NCBI RefSeq assembly: GCF_001194135.2
Contig: NC_068989.1
Coordinates: 69,130,969 to 69,194,968, forward strand
From: Octopus bimaculoides
Taxonomy: Eukaryota
Direction of reading: 5' to 3'
Length of the DNA: 64,000 nucleotides
This document shows, one piece after another, positions 51,331 through 64,000 of this stretch (positions are counted from its first letter, which is position 1; each line of letters begins with the position of its first letter). The position numbers and the translations under genes were made by a program. A model generated the notes under the pieces. The model ran no database searches, was not told the DNA's origin, and worked only from the letters and a program-made list of their open reading frames with translations.

Positions 51331-51893
51331 GGATCTTTTTTAAAACGGGGGCCACATTTTTCATTAACGAAACACTTTGAAACTTGGAACACTGGTAGAA
51401 TGTGTCATATAAAACATCTTTTTTCTCTTAGTCTTCTTAAAAAAAAAAGAAATCCATAAGTTATTCCATGTTAAAGTTGTCGTATTTCTGTAATTTCAAC
51501 CAATCACTGACGTCCATTCAGCCAATATACATTAAGTGCCGACTACATAAACAAATGATTCTGAAACAATTAACCCTAACCGTAGGGTTAGGGTTAGGGT
51601 TAAAGCAAATTTAAAATGAAAAAAGCAAATAAAACGAAGGTATGGAGATTAAATACGCTTTACATCGCTTAATCAGCCAAAGGAGTAAATATAAACAACT
51701 GAATACCTGTCAGTGATTGGTTGAAATTATCGAAATAAGACAATTTTTGACATGAAATAAATTCGAATATAAAAATATTTTTCTGTTCTATAACACAAAA
51801 TAGATAAGTATACGAAGTTTGAAAGTCTTTCCGTACCAAAAACACTACATAAAACATTAATGAAAAATGTGGCCCCTGTTTTAAAATAGATCC
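51331..51893. mobile_element. Fold-back MITE with long imperfect TIRs, 8-bp TSD and central TTAGGG-like tract
   Basis: Ends GGATCTTTTTTAAAACGGGGGCCACATTTTTCATTAA / TTAATGAAAAATGTGGCCCCTGTTTTAAAATAGATCC. TSD AAATACTA at 51323-51330 and 51894-51901. Inner inverted match CAACCAATCACTGAC / GTCAGTGATTGGTTG. Confidence 0.85.
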
Positions 51894-51981
51894 AAATACT
51901 ATTGTGAACCATAGTGAATATTAACAAAACACTTCAAAGAATTGCTCTCTCTCCCTCTCCCCCCCTCTCTCTCTCTCTCTC

Positions 51982-52014
<33 letters not shown>

Positions 52015-52161
52015 TGTGTGTGTGAGGGGTTATCAACTTCAACTATCCCCCTTAAAGTAAACAAGTTTAGAGTACATCGTGGTGATATTAAGCTATGAAG
52101 CAAGTATTGCTGTTTTAATCAATCAACTGCACTGATCTAATATTTACACTTTCAAAGTTAA

Positions 52162-52389
52162 TTAACTCTTTTGATAGCAACTCACCCGAGACCGTCCTAG
52201 TTCCATGATATAAACATCCTGTTTTCCAGAGATCTAAGCTAAAAACTTTCCATCAAACTTTCATGTTAATTTATGTCTCAAACACCACCATGATAACGAA
52301 AGTTACTTTACTAAATTCTTCATTATTTTAAAAATTAATCAAAACAAGGCAAATGCATTTCAAAAGAAATATGTTAGCAAAATGGTTAA
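52162..52389. mobile_element. TTAA-flanked MITE (piggyBac-like ends)
   Basis: TTAA-ctcttttgatagcaac ... tgttagcaaaatgg-TTAA; same family as the copies at ~21110 and ~47416. Confidence 0.6.
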
Positions 52390-55300
52390 ACATATATCTT
52401 CGATATACACTATTCACTATTTGTCAATGGAGTCTAAACAAATTTTAATAAAAAAAAAAAGAAAAAGAAACCAACCAAGTTTTCCAATTTAAAGTGTCAG
52501 TCTTCATAACTAACAATAAGTTACGTTATGTCATAGGTGAAGTAAGCAAGAGTGGGGGGTCTTCCTGCTGTAAAAATTTTTTTGCAAGCATGTAAGTATA
52601 GCTGTTTGATTGCTTCACAACCATGTCGTTCTAGTTTCAATCCTACTATGTGGCAGCCTCAGTTTCATTAATACTAGGTGAGTAGAATCTGATATAGTGT
52701 AGAAGCCATTTATTTGCGTGTGTAGTGTGTGTTTCTCCAAAGGATGTAAACTGTTGAGAAAACTGAAAAACCAGTGTGTTATGAACAAAGTCTTCAGACA
52801 TTTGTTCTGCATCAAACTACAAATGCATGAAATCTGAGATTGATCCATTAGAAACCTATAACCAATGATCCTACTATTGACCAATTCCGTGATATAAAAA
52901 TATGAAAAATAGAAAGAAGCAAGCAAGCAAATGTGAAAATTTGCACAAACAGTTCTCATGATAACATGAAAAATCTAACAAAAACAATGAAAAATAAAGT
53001 TAATCTCAACAACAGCTGCAAGATGTCATATTCATGTTTAATATATTTGTATTTGCATCAATCAAGAACAGAACAGCAAACAGATTTTTAAAAATATGAA
53101 CAGGAAAAGACAAAATTATTTTCTTTTTGTGAAGTATAGATACACAGAAAAATAAAACTTCAAGATAAAGTATATGCACCAAAATTTATAGCAGATGCTC
53201 ATCCACTAATCCAAACCAACAGTGAAGCTAACCCATTAACCAGTGTTAAGAATATGCACAATTGAAATCAACTGGAAAGTATAAAAGCAGAACATTGTAT
53301 TAAGGAGGAAACAAGAACAGAGTTCAAGAACTATTGTCTTCCTGCAGTCAAAATGACCGTCTACCAGAAGAAAATTACAATAGCTACCTTCCTCTCTAAG
53401 CAACTAGTTTCAGCTGATGAGGATTCTTCAAGCTAAGTGAGAAGCAGATGTCAAGTGGAATCCACTACATAAACTGGCACCATTTGAAACAATCATTAAC
53501 AAAAATTAACCCAAGCTAGTACGGAAGCCTCTAGATCAGAAGTAGGCAAATTTTTTATATCAATGACTTTTCATGGACTCATTGACAACTTGTTGACCCC
53601 ATCATGTAAATTGCTAAAATAAATTGAGAAGTATAATTATAATAAACAATTTCTTTATTTAAAAACAATGATGCCTTTCTTCTTTTGCACCATTACCACT
53701 TTTTAGATAAATATTCAAAGAAATTTAATAAAAATACTTAACAAAATTAATACAGAACAATAGAAAATCATTCATATATTGATACAGCTGAAATATTTAA
53801 TGTGAAATGTGTTTGATGAATACTAATTATTGCATCAATATTCGGCCGGAAATTAGTGAGTCTTAGCCTTAAATTACTGAACTCTTCCTGATTCGGTTTA
53901 ATAATTCAGCACTCCTAATGCTCAAAATCATTTCAGGTGTTTATCAATCACTTAGATAGCTACAAAGCAAACTTCTCACATACACACAAGCTTTGCCAAT
54001 ACATGCTCCTGCTCTAATCATTCAAATTACAGAAGAAAGCACAAACTGGGTAATATAATCCTACATATACAACCAGGCAAAAAAGAAAAAAAAAAGATAG
54101 GATATTGGAAGTGGTAGCCAAGAACTGCTAAATCAATATATATCAACTGGACTGACCAAGGCATGAATGTCATTTAATGTTTGAACTCTCGTATGAAGAG
54201 CTATATGAAAGGTGCATGTGTACACACACACACATTTATATATATATATATATATATATATACATACACAAAACAGACATCAAGTGAAAGATCACTCAAT
54301 ACCTTTAACTAGAGTATCCTATTTTGTTTTTACAAGGAAAAGTTTGAAAGTGACAAAGTTTTGGCTTAGTTGGTTTTATCAATTAAGCCAAAACTTCAAA
54401 AGTCACAGTTAAACTTTTCCTAGCAAAAATAAAACTTACTCTCTCACATGCAGGCAAGGCTATATGGTTAGAAAATTTACTTCTTAACCATGTGGTTTTG
54501 GGTTCAGCCTCACTGGACAGCACTTTAAGTGTCATTGACTATAGCCCCAGACTGACCAGTCTTATACAAGAGAACAAAAGAATAGAACATCCGAAAAGCA
54601 TTATTGCTCCCACTCAGTCAAACAGAAATAGCTGCATATCAACAATAACTGTAGAGGAATGACCACTGTCACACTCCAACCAAATCCATCTTGCCCGCCT
54701 CTACTGTAGCCATAGCAATAATCTGCAAGCATCCAGAAAAAGACTGGGCAGTGCAGAAAATACATGTCCAGGCTGTTACGATGTACTTGATATAATTTAC
54801 CAACGCATGTTAGAATGTATAGTATTGTCCTCAGTAGGGAAGAAATGTGATATAACTAGGACTCTGTGGACAGCAATTCCTCATTTGACTATTTGCATAC
54901 TCTTGAACTGCTTCATTAAAGCTGTGGGAGGGGGGGTACGCAGCAAAATCTTCATTTTCATTTGAACACTGCAAATAGTTAATGGCACCAAAGCAATACA
55001 CTCAACAAAACACCGTTTCCTCTCAGCTGTGCATACACAATTCACAACCATCACAGAAAAGTGTAATTGCCTAAAATAACATTAGATTTACATACAATGT
55101 ATTCAGTGCACATACTTTTATAAGAGAAAATTTACACAGCATAACAAGATGGTTAAAAAATAAAAGGAATATTTCAATCAAGCCAACTTTATATGCCCAC
55201 AAATTACAAAATAATACAGCCAGCCATATCTAGGTTAAATCCAACTAATCTGTAAAAACAGAGATCCAGAATTGAAAAAAACCAGCTACCTCACCTAAAT

Positions 55301-56596
55301 AAGAGATTTTAGTATTTACTCTTTTACATTTCAGCTGATTTACCTTGATCTTTGATTTCAAAAAGTTAATCCAATTTGTGACCAATGTCATTATAGCTGT
55401 TCTTATGATTGGTAAAAACACACAAAAAATCTCATTTAAAGTATAAATATAGCAATTGTTATTTAATTTTTTATTAGGTTTGAAATGTAAGAGCAAAAGT
55501 AAAAAGTTACGATATTAATTCCTTTGAGCAAAGCATCAATAAGCACAGCAAAATATATTTTGAAACTGAGCCATACATTGAACAACCAAAGTTATGATCA
55601 GGTTTAAGTATTTTGTCCAGAAATATAATGTAACATTGACAGTAAGGTGTAAACAGAAACTGGATTCTTTCTACCATGGTCTAGTGTATCTGATGAAAAA
55701 CAATAATCCTTATTTCAGAACAAGGAGCTTTTACTGTTAGCAGAGGAAAACAAATACTATTATTTACATTGATCCCAAAATATTCATGAAGACTAATTTA
55801 GCATAACTGTAGAATATGAAATCATAAAGGGATAGTGCCAACAAAATATGGCAAACAATGTAAAACAAACTCCAGAATTGCTGTCTTATATTTTATGCTG
55901 TTATAAGCAAGCACCCTGACATCATTTCCTACTTGAAACACTTTAACTTCAATCAGCTTCAAGTCATCGAATGGATACATTAAATCAAATTCACATTGAT
56001 CATCAGAATCTTCTAGAATTTTCAGTACCACATCATAATCATTAAACATACATTTTCCATATTGGCAGGATCCAGCAAGCTCCATTGTCAGCTTTAACAT
56101 GGTTCTACAAGCTGGACGCCATTCCTAATATCAACTACTTTATAGTGTGTATTGGGCGCTCTTTTGCATGCCACTGACACTAACGAGAAAAGACCAGTAA
56201 AAAGAAAAAGTCCCGAAAACTAAGTAAACAGGAATATTCGAGGAGGGCAGTGATTTCACACAGGGTGTTGAAAGGGTTAAACTATGACAGCGGGAAACGG
56301 AAACAAAATGACTGAGAACCACCAGAATGACCAGAACCATGCTTCAAGAAATTTTGAAAATTTCAGCATGCTAGCTCTGACCATGCTAATTATCTGGTCA
56401 AAGTGATTGAAGTGATCAATAAAGATACACATGTGTTGCGCATATTGATTTACCTCAAGAACCAATAATGTAGTAGATCTGAGCAAAAACTGTTGAACAA
56501 CAAACAGATACTCAAGACGGTTCAGAAGTGGGAATGTAACAGCAAATACTAGAAATGTACACTGGTAGGAAACAAAAAAAGAGAGAGAGAGAGAGG

Positions 56597-56630
<34 letters not shown>

Positions 56631-57590
56631 AAGAGAGATAGAGAGAGAAAGAGAGAGAGAGAGAAGAAGAAAAACTGTTGAAGGTTACTTTCAACTACTA
56701 TTAATTACTTACAGAAGGGACTGTGCTATGTTTAGTGAAGGGAATAGNNNNNNNNNNNNNNNNNNNNNNNNNNNNNNNNNNNNNNNNNNNNNNNNNNNNN
56801 NNNNNNNNNNNNNNNNNNNNNNNNNNNNNNNNNNNNNNNNNNNNNNNNNNNNNNNNNNNNNNNNNNNNNNNNNNNNNNNNNNNNNNNNNNNNNNNNNNNN
56901 NNNNNNNNNNNNNNNNNNNNNNNNNNNNNNNNNNNNNNNNNNNNNNNNNNNNNNNNNNNNNNNNNNNNNNNNNNNNNNNNNNNNNNNNNNNNNNNNNNNN
57001 NNNNNNNNNNNNNNNNNNNNNNNNNNNNNNNNNNNNNNNNNNNNNNNNNNNNNNNNNNNNNNNNNNNNNNNNNNNNNNNNNNNNNNNNNNNNNNNNNNNN
57101 NNNNNNNNNNNNNNNNNNNNNNNNNNNNNNNNNNNNNNNNNNNNNNNNNNNNNNNNNNNNNNNNNNNNNNNNNNNNNNNNNNNNNNNNNNNNNNNNNNNN
57201 NNNNNNNNNNNNNNNNNNNNNNNNNNNNNNNNNNNNNNNNNNNNNNNNNNNNNNNNNNNNNNNNNNNNNNNNNNNNNNNNNNGGAGGCGACGGGAGGCAG
57301 AGGCGACGGGAGAGGGAGAGAGAGGTAGAGTGGTGGCAAGGAGGAAGGGGACAAGGAAAAAGGGGGGACAAAAACGAGAAGGGGGAGTGGGGGCAAAGAC
57401 AAGAAGACGAAGTGGGGGCAAAGACAAGAGGGGAAGGTGAGGGAAAAGACAAGAGGTGTAAGTAGGGGCAAAGAAGAGTGGGGCTGAAGGGATCAAAGAA
57501 TGGAGGAGCAGATGGGATCAAAGAGAAGGGCAGAGGGGATCAAAGAGGGATGTGTCAAAGAAGAGAGGAAAGGCAGTCAAAGAGAAAGAA

Positions 57591-57650
57591 GGGGCTCAAA
57601 GAAGAGAGGAGGGGCTCAAAGAAGAGAGGAGGGGCTCAAAGAAGAGAGGG
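57591..57650 (+). repeat. 3 x 20-bp tandem repeat GGGGCTCAAAGAAGAGAGGA within a purine-rich tract (57283-57690)
   Basis: Three adjacent near-identical units. Confidence 0.9.
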
Positions 57651-58549
57651 GGGACAGGAGGCAAGCAAGAAAGATAGTTGAAGGAAAAGAGAGAAAAGCC
57701 AGTTTGCTCAGTGAGCAATAAACAATGTGCACTCAAAAGAGAATGGCCAATGCTAAAGTCACAACTGTTGGAACTCCATCATATTCTAGAGTGTTTGCAT
57801 GGCATGCATACAAAAACTACTTAAAATGATTAAAACACCAATACCAACATCGATTGGCCTCTTGACATTATCAGCTCTTCACGTAACTCTGATGCCTGAG
57901 CTAATTAGTCAAAGAGATAAATAATTCTCGAGAACAGCAATTTAATGCTAATGAAGTTGTTATTAAAAAGATGAGAAAGTGAAGTAATGTTTTTTAACGA
58001 CTAACATATTTGCATAATAAAGTTAGTTCTTAATAGATAAACAGGTAAGCTGCAGAAATTACGACACAAACATACAAGTGTGTGTGTGTGTGTGTGACCT
58101 ATGACATGACTTAAGCTAAATTGGTGTTGCATAACATCAGACATGTTTCACATTTGAAAAACAAAAACATTCAATTGTAATCCTAATAAGTCTTGAGTAT
58201 CACATGTTATTTTATTTCAAAGCCCCACATTCATAATTTCTCCTTACAAACTGGACTCATCATCCTCAGAATAATTAAGAGAGCATCTAATATTTTCCAC
58301 AGGTTGTTTTTGAATACTGCATAGAAAATTTTGCTATCCTGCAAAGTTCCGTATTTAAAAATCATTTCTTGAGAATTAAGACAATGATCACATCAGACCA
58401 ATATAGAAAAAGTTCACAACTTATGACACATAGAAAAATGCAGTTGGACCAAAGCTGGGGGTAGAGTCTTTCTCCTTAATATAATTTTAAAAAATAAATA
58501 AATAAAAGCAGCAATCAGGAAAGTCGTTTTTAAAAATACATCAAATAGG

Positions 58550-58860
58550 CATAAGTGTGGCTATGTGGTACAGAAGCTTGCTTAGCAATGTGATTTCAGG
58601 TTCAGTTCCACTGTGGCATCTTGGGCAAGTATTTTCTAATATAGCCTCGGTCCCACTGACATCTAGGGCAAGTATTTTCTAATTTTGCCTCGGACCAACA
58701 AATGCCTTGCAAATGAATTTAGTAAACAGAAACCGTGAAAGCCTGTCATATGCGTGTGTGTGTGTGTGTGTCCACCACCACTGCTTGACAATCAGTGTTG
58801 GTTTGTTTACATCCCCATTACTGAACAGTTCAGCAAAAGTGATAGAAAGCATAAGTACCA
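58550..58860 (+). mobile_element. tRNA-derived SINE with a short internal duplication
   Basis: Common head; gggcaagtattttctaat...gcctcgg appears twice (58622-58650 and 58666-58693). Confidence 0.65.
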
Positions 58861-60569
58861 GACTTAAAAAGAAGTAAGAGTGGAAGGAAAGAAGGAAGGA
58901 AGGACTCACTCACTCACTCAGACAGACAGACAGACACAAAGGAGGAGGGGAAAGATCAAGTAATCAAGAAAATGGTATTGGGTTAAAATCATTACATAGA
59001 TTGCAAGTTTGGCAGCTAAGTTTTTCTCCTCAATTCTATCAGAGAGAATAAATGCTATATGTGCTACTGTAAACAAGGTAAATATGAAGAAGCACAGAAT
59101 ATTATCACTAGTTAAATGTTCAAAATTTCATGGTTAATGAATTTAATTTGCCAGTCACCAGTTGAAATGAAAGAATGAAGTATAAAACCAATTATCCAAT
59201 AACAATAAAGAACCTTGCTAAGAGAGTACTTTTATAAAGAAATAAAACTAATTATGGCACACATTCGGTAAGGTTATTAAAAATATCCTACCACTTAATA
59301 GTAATATGAAGAAAAGACCAGCAATAATCTACAAAAATTATTTTGTCTAGATACACAGGCCACTTTTTTTATCTTCAAAAGAGAGAATTACAGCCAATTG
59401 AATTAACCAAAGTTATATTATCAATAGTTATTTCATCAAAGGTAGGAAGATGAAAGACAAAAACAACAACAATAACTTGTGAACATGTAAATCAAGGCAT
59501 TAAAACATCTCCAGTACTCCACAGCCTGTAACACTATTTTTCAGATGTTCAACTGATGAAATGATAAATAAAATACTTTTTACATGCTTAATATTAGACT
59601 TCAAGAGAATGAAAAGTATAATCCTGACTTTCCTGTGGTGAAGAGAGAATGATTGTTTAGTGGTTATTACCCCTATGTTGAGACAGTTAATAACCCAGGT
59701 TTAAGTCATGGTTATGACTAACTTTAACAGTAGTGCTCCAGCATGGCTTGTAAAGCCCACTAGCAAAACAGATAAACAAAAACAAGGAAAAAAGGATAAA
59801 CACACAGAGACTCACACGGAAGTAGCATAAAAATATACAAGTCTAATGCAGATGACAAATGGCAGGGAAGCAATAAGGTAAATAGAATACATTGTCTAAA
59901 AGAAATACCATTCTAAATTTGAGCTAGTATTTATCTCTTAATTAAAACACAAAACAGAAAATGACAGTTGGAAGCAGAAAGTGATTATTAAATACACAAT
60001 TCATTTGACAAATAACATGGTCAGCTTTAATGGGATCGGAAGATGAGCATGGAAAATAAATATGGATTACAGGAGAAAGCCACCCTCTAGAGTTCATTTC
60101 CAGTACTCTGCCACCACAATGGTACAATCCAATAGGAAGCTGTTGATGTAAGACACAAGAAACACTTAACCAAATTTCTTGAAGGTATAATGGTCAACTG
60201 TTGTTTAACAGAAAGGACTCCAGTAGATCTGATTTCAAGAAAACTGTACTGGTGATCATTGGAGAGAGAGATTCTAGGGATGGTAGTTTCCATTATGTTT
60301 GAGAGATGGTGAAAGTGAAGTAGGAAGAGTCAGAGGGAGAATAAGATATTTGACAAAGATAGGGACTAGCCCCTATCTTTTCCCAACACATAGGCAGTAT
60401 GAAAATGTGATTCATTCAAGAACACTATATTCTTCCTTAAGAATGAGGAGTAAGCTTGGAATAAATTTTCCTGTTTTCTCTACTCTTTATTAAACTCTTT
60501 ATGTAAAGCAAAGCGTATCCAAATTAAATAAGACATCTAATATAATAATGAGCATAGTGTTTTTATATC

Positions 60570-60634
<65 letters not shown>

Positions 60635-62076
60635 TTGTCCAGAATCACGCCCGACACAGAGGAGAGAAAATAGCAATTCAGTGAAGGAGAAGTAGTGAGA
60701 GTAATAGCCCTGACTGAGAGGGAATGATAGAAAGTAATAGTAATGAGAGAAAGAAAGGGGCAATAGATGAATAAGGAAGGAAAGGGGTGAAAAAAAAAAA
60801 CATTTTAACTCTGCATGAGTATATGTGTGTGCATGTACAAGAGAAATATGTGAATGTTTGTATGTGTGATTATTATGTACCTTATTTTTACATAAAATAC
60901 TAGAATTAGCTGTCATTATTGATGCCATGTGGTCAGCTAGTAATCAATGAAGAACAATCTTTAACTAATTTCAGTCATTGAACTGCAAACATGCTGGGTA
61001 TCATCTTCAATAAATTTTAGTCATTTATTGTAACCTCAGGATTTTGCAACTTGTTTTATCAACCTCAGAAGACACAAAACTGACAGGGGTGCAAGAGACA
61101 CAGCCAGAACATAAAACCAATCTCCAGTTCAAAAGAGTTCACACTGAAAATAAAACCATTATAAATTTTAAGTATGACTTTTTAGGATATATCTAAATAC
61201 TAGATTAACTAGATTAAGAAAAGAGAAAATCATTTTCATATATTCCTCTGAGTAGGTTACAAAAATTAAAAAATAAACAAATATTAGAAATCTGATCACA
61301 AAAGGAGTTACTGTATTGTCAGCTATTAAATTATGATAAAAATTTAAGTGATTACAATCAAAACTATTTAAACTTACATACCAACCTCTACAGGTCAACT
61401 GACCTTCAAGAACTAGCAAACAAATCGCTCCCAAATCACAATATTTGCAAATACAGTGTAATGTAGTCCTATTAAAGGAAACCTTGAGAAAAAGAACAAG
61501 ATCGTGATGACTAGAACATCTTTGACCACAGAACTGCTCAGTTAAAGTTGAACTAAAGTTAAACAATGAAGCTCAACTTTACTATGAAAGTCTATTTATA
61601 CTAGTGTTAACTGTCACACAACTGGTTATTTTGAAAGTAACCTGTCACATGACAGGTTAGTTTGAAAGTATACATTTGCAACAATGGATAATATCAGGAA
61701 ATAGGTGGCATACATTCAATAATTATAATTAAACCTTAACTTTCTAGATGCAATGAAGTGAATGCTAAATTCCAAAAGAAAATATCTATAACCTTAGAAT
61801 AAAATTTTTCCCCATTTTTGATTTTATGAGGAAGTTTGCACACACACACACAATGCACTCCTCTCCCCATCTCTTAAGATACATGGAGAAACACTAGTAT
61901 CCCAAGACACCATACACTAATGAGCTGAGTGTTATGAACAGTCATCATAAAAGGGAGTTGTTCTATGACATACATTACAGGAACTAGCATCTGTCTGTAC
62001 ACATAGTGAATATGCAAATAATTGTTTCAGATTTCACTGCACATGGTGCAAATAACAATTTTACATTATATATATA

Positions 62077-62410
62077 GGCATAGGAGTGGCTGTGTGGTAA
62101 GTAGCTTGCTTACCAACCACATGGTTCCAGGTTCAGTCCCACTGCATGGCACCTTGGGCAAGTGTCTTCTACTATAGCCTTGGGCTGACCAAAGCCTTGT
62201 GAATGGATTTGGTAGACAGAAATTGAAAGAAGCCCATCATATATATATGCATGTGTGTGTCCCCCCCAACATCACTTGACAACCCATGGTAGTGCGTTTA
62301 CATCCCCGTAACTTAGCGGTTTGGCAAAAAAGACTGACAGAATAAGTCCTGGAGTCAATTTGCTCAACTAAAGGCAGTGCTCCAGCATAGCCACAGTCAA
62401 ATGACTGAAA
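62077..62410 (+). mobile_element. tRNA-derived SINE, near consensus
   Basis: ggcataggagtggctgtgtggtaagtagcttgcttaccaaccacatggttccaggttcagtcccactgc... Confidence 0.8.
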
Positions 62411-63745
62411 TAAGTAATATATACATATAAATAATATAATCAAAATAAGCAACAAAGGTATCCAGAGGTAATGCAGTATGATCGTTTCAGGCAACTCCAT
62501 TTAATTGAACAATGCAGTTATTACATCAATTTAAATGCAGAGCAATCCTCAGCCGCATAAAGATATAGAATTAAATTAAAACAGATGGACACATTAGTAT
62601 ACTTTTACCTAAAACCTCCAAGAAGGTAAGGAGATAGACAAAGAACATGCTGTCTTCACTTCAGCTTAGAAGCTACTAAGGTATCTGGAAGAAAGACTTG
62701 TTAGAGATCTAGCTTGTCACTGTTTTTTGGGGTCAGTTTTAATTCATAGTCTTGTTTATCAAATCTTTGTACATCAAAATCTAAGGCCAAAGAACAAGGA
62801 GCAGTGTCTGTTAGGAAGGGGGCTGAAGGAGTCGACAGAAATCATAGTGGGTATAGTCATAAAACTATCAAGATTAATTTGAAGCAATATAATGAAATTT
62901 GGTAAAGGAAATCTTAAATCAAGATGTAAGCTGACAATTAAAGGGGCAAGATACTAGTAGACTTTCTCTTGTTCTCCTTGTAAACTGTATCATCATTACT
63001 ATCATTATTATTATCATCCTGCCACTCTCCCCCCAAACTCTTCCATATCCCTCTACCTTCAATAACTCATGCATCATTAATCATCCATCACTCTCTAAAT
63101 CCACCCATCAAAACTACCCAATCTTTGCAGATGTTGCATACCACCCATTCCCCCATCCCTTGCTCCGCTAAACACTTTTGCAAAACCCCAACCTCCCACA
63201 CACCAAGTTTCTCTGACCCCACTCACTTCTACTCACCTCATATCTCAAGGAAATGCCTAGACTTGCAGCTCCAACTGATCATTCTCACCCTCACTTCTAA
63301 ATGGGTGTAGCAATGTATCATCTCTACAAGAAACTGCTCACCCCCACCCCCATCTCATCTCCTTTCATAAAGCTCGACCCAATAGGTTTTGTAGTCTTGC
63401 AAGATACATGGTAACATCACTAGTGCTAGGGTGTGAAAAAGAACACAGTACATGCAGTAATGTGGTTGACATTAGGAAGGACATCCAGCCACAGAAATCA
63501 TGACAAAGTAGACACTAGAGTACAATGAAGTCCTCGGATCCATCAGATGATGTCATATCATCATCAACCCATGCCTGCATGGAACACGGACATTTAATGA
63601 TGATGAATATACAAAGTTACAAAATATATAATATACAAATTCACAATATATTATGTATATCTATACTATAAAAGGCAAATCTACTCTGTGTGTGTGTATG
63701 TTTAAAATTCATACATTTACACATTTCTTCAATTAAACAATCACA

Positions 63746-64000
63746 GGATCTTTTTTAAAACGGGAGCCACATTTTTCATTAACGAAACACTTTGAAACTT
63801 GGAACACTGGTAGAATGTGTCATATAAAACATCTTTTTCTCTTAGTCTTCTTAAAAAAAAAAAAGAAATCCCTAAGTTATTCCATGTTAAAGTTGTCGTA
63901 TTTCTGTAATTTCAACCAATCACTGACGTCCATTCAACCGATATACATTAAGTGCCGACTACATAAACAAACGATTCTGAAACAATTTTATCGGTGTTAG
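63746..64000. mobile_element. Second copy of the same MITE (cut by the window end)
   Basis: Near-identical to 51331-51570. Confidence 0.85.

Noticed and set aside
51571-51602. TTAGGG tract as a true telomere or chromosome-fusion scar
   Set aside because: Only a few units, and it lies inside a TSD-bounded MITE.
53410-53450. CTGATGAG followed by a GAGAA tract
   Set aside because: No pairing stem II, no GAAA at the right spacing and no stem I complement.
57591-57650. Regular 20-bp repeats as a CRISPR array
   Set aside because: Units are adjacent with no spacers, and the context is eukaryotic.
62077-62160. tRNA-like A/B box heads in many repeats
   Set aside because: These are SINE heads continuous with the SINE body, with no complete cloverleaf, so they are not called tRNA genes.

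Overview
AT-rich, repeat-dense animal genomic DNA with several N gaps. The SINE families, microsatellite load and gene structure suggest an octopus (inference). The main feature is a minus-strand multi-exon gene for the E2/E3 hybrid ubiquitin-conjugating enzyme UBE2O. I traced 15 exons by hand (45596 down to 1499); their splice phases are mutually consistent and they total 3201 nt (1067 codons), including the UBC catalytic-Cys motif [17 protein letters not shown]. The first coding exon and the last exons were not found in the window. The introns hold tRNA-derived SINEs, RTE LINE fragments, two TIR-bounded Tc1/mariner remnants, a Penelope-like RT plus GIY-YIG remnant, TTAA-flanked MITEs and a fold-back MITE with telomere-like repeats. 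The most unusual structure is at 2071-4571, antisense within a UBE2O intron. Two ~210-bp direct repeats (~94% identical) each carry a minimal type-I hammerhead ribozyme motif. They bracket a LINE ORF1/gag-like CCHC zinc-knuckle reading frame and a polyA signal, with no ORF2/RT. This looks like a protein-coding, retrozyme-like non-autonomous element, or a target-specific half-LINE inserted into a ribozyme repeat.
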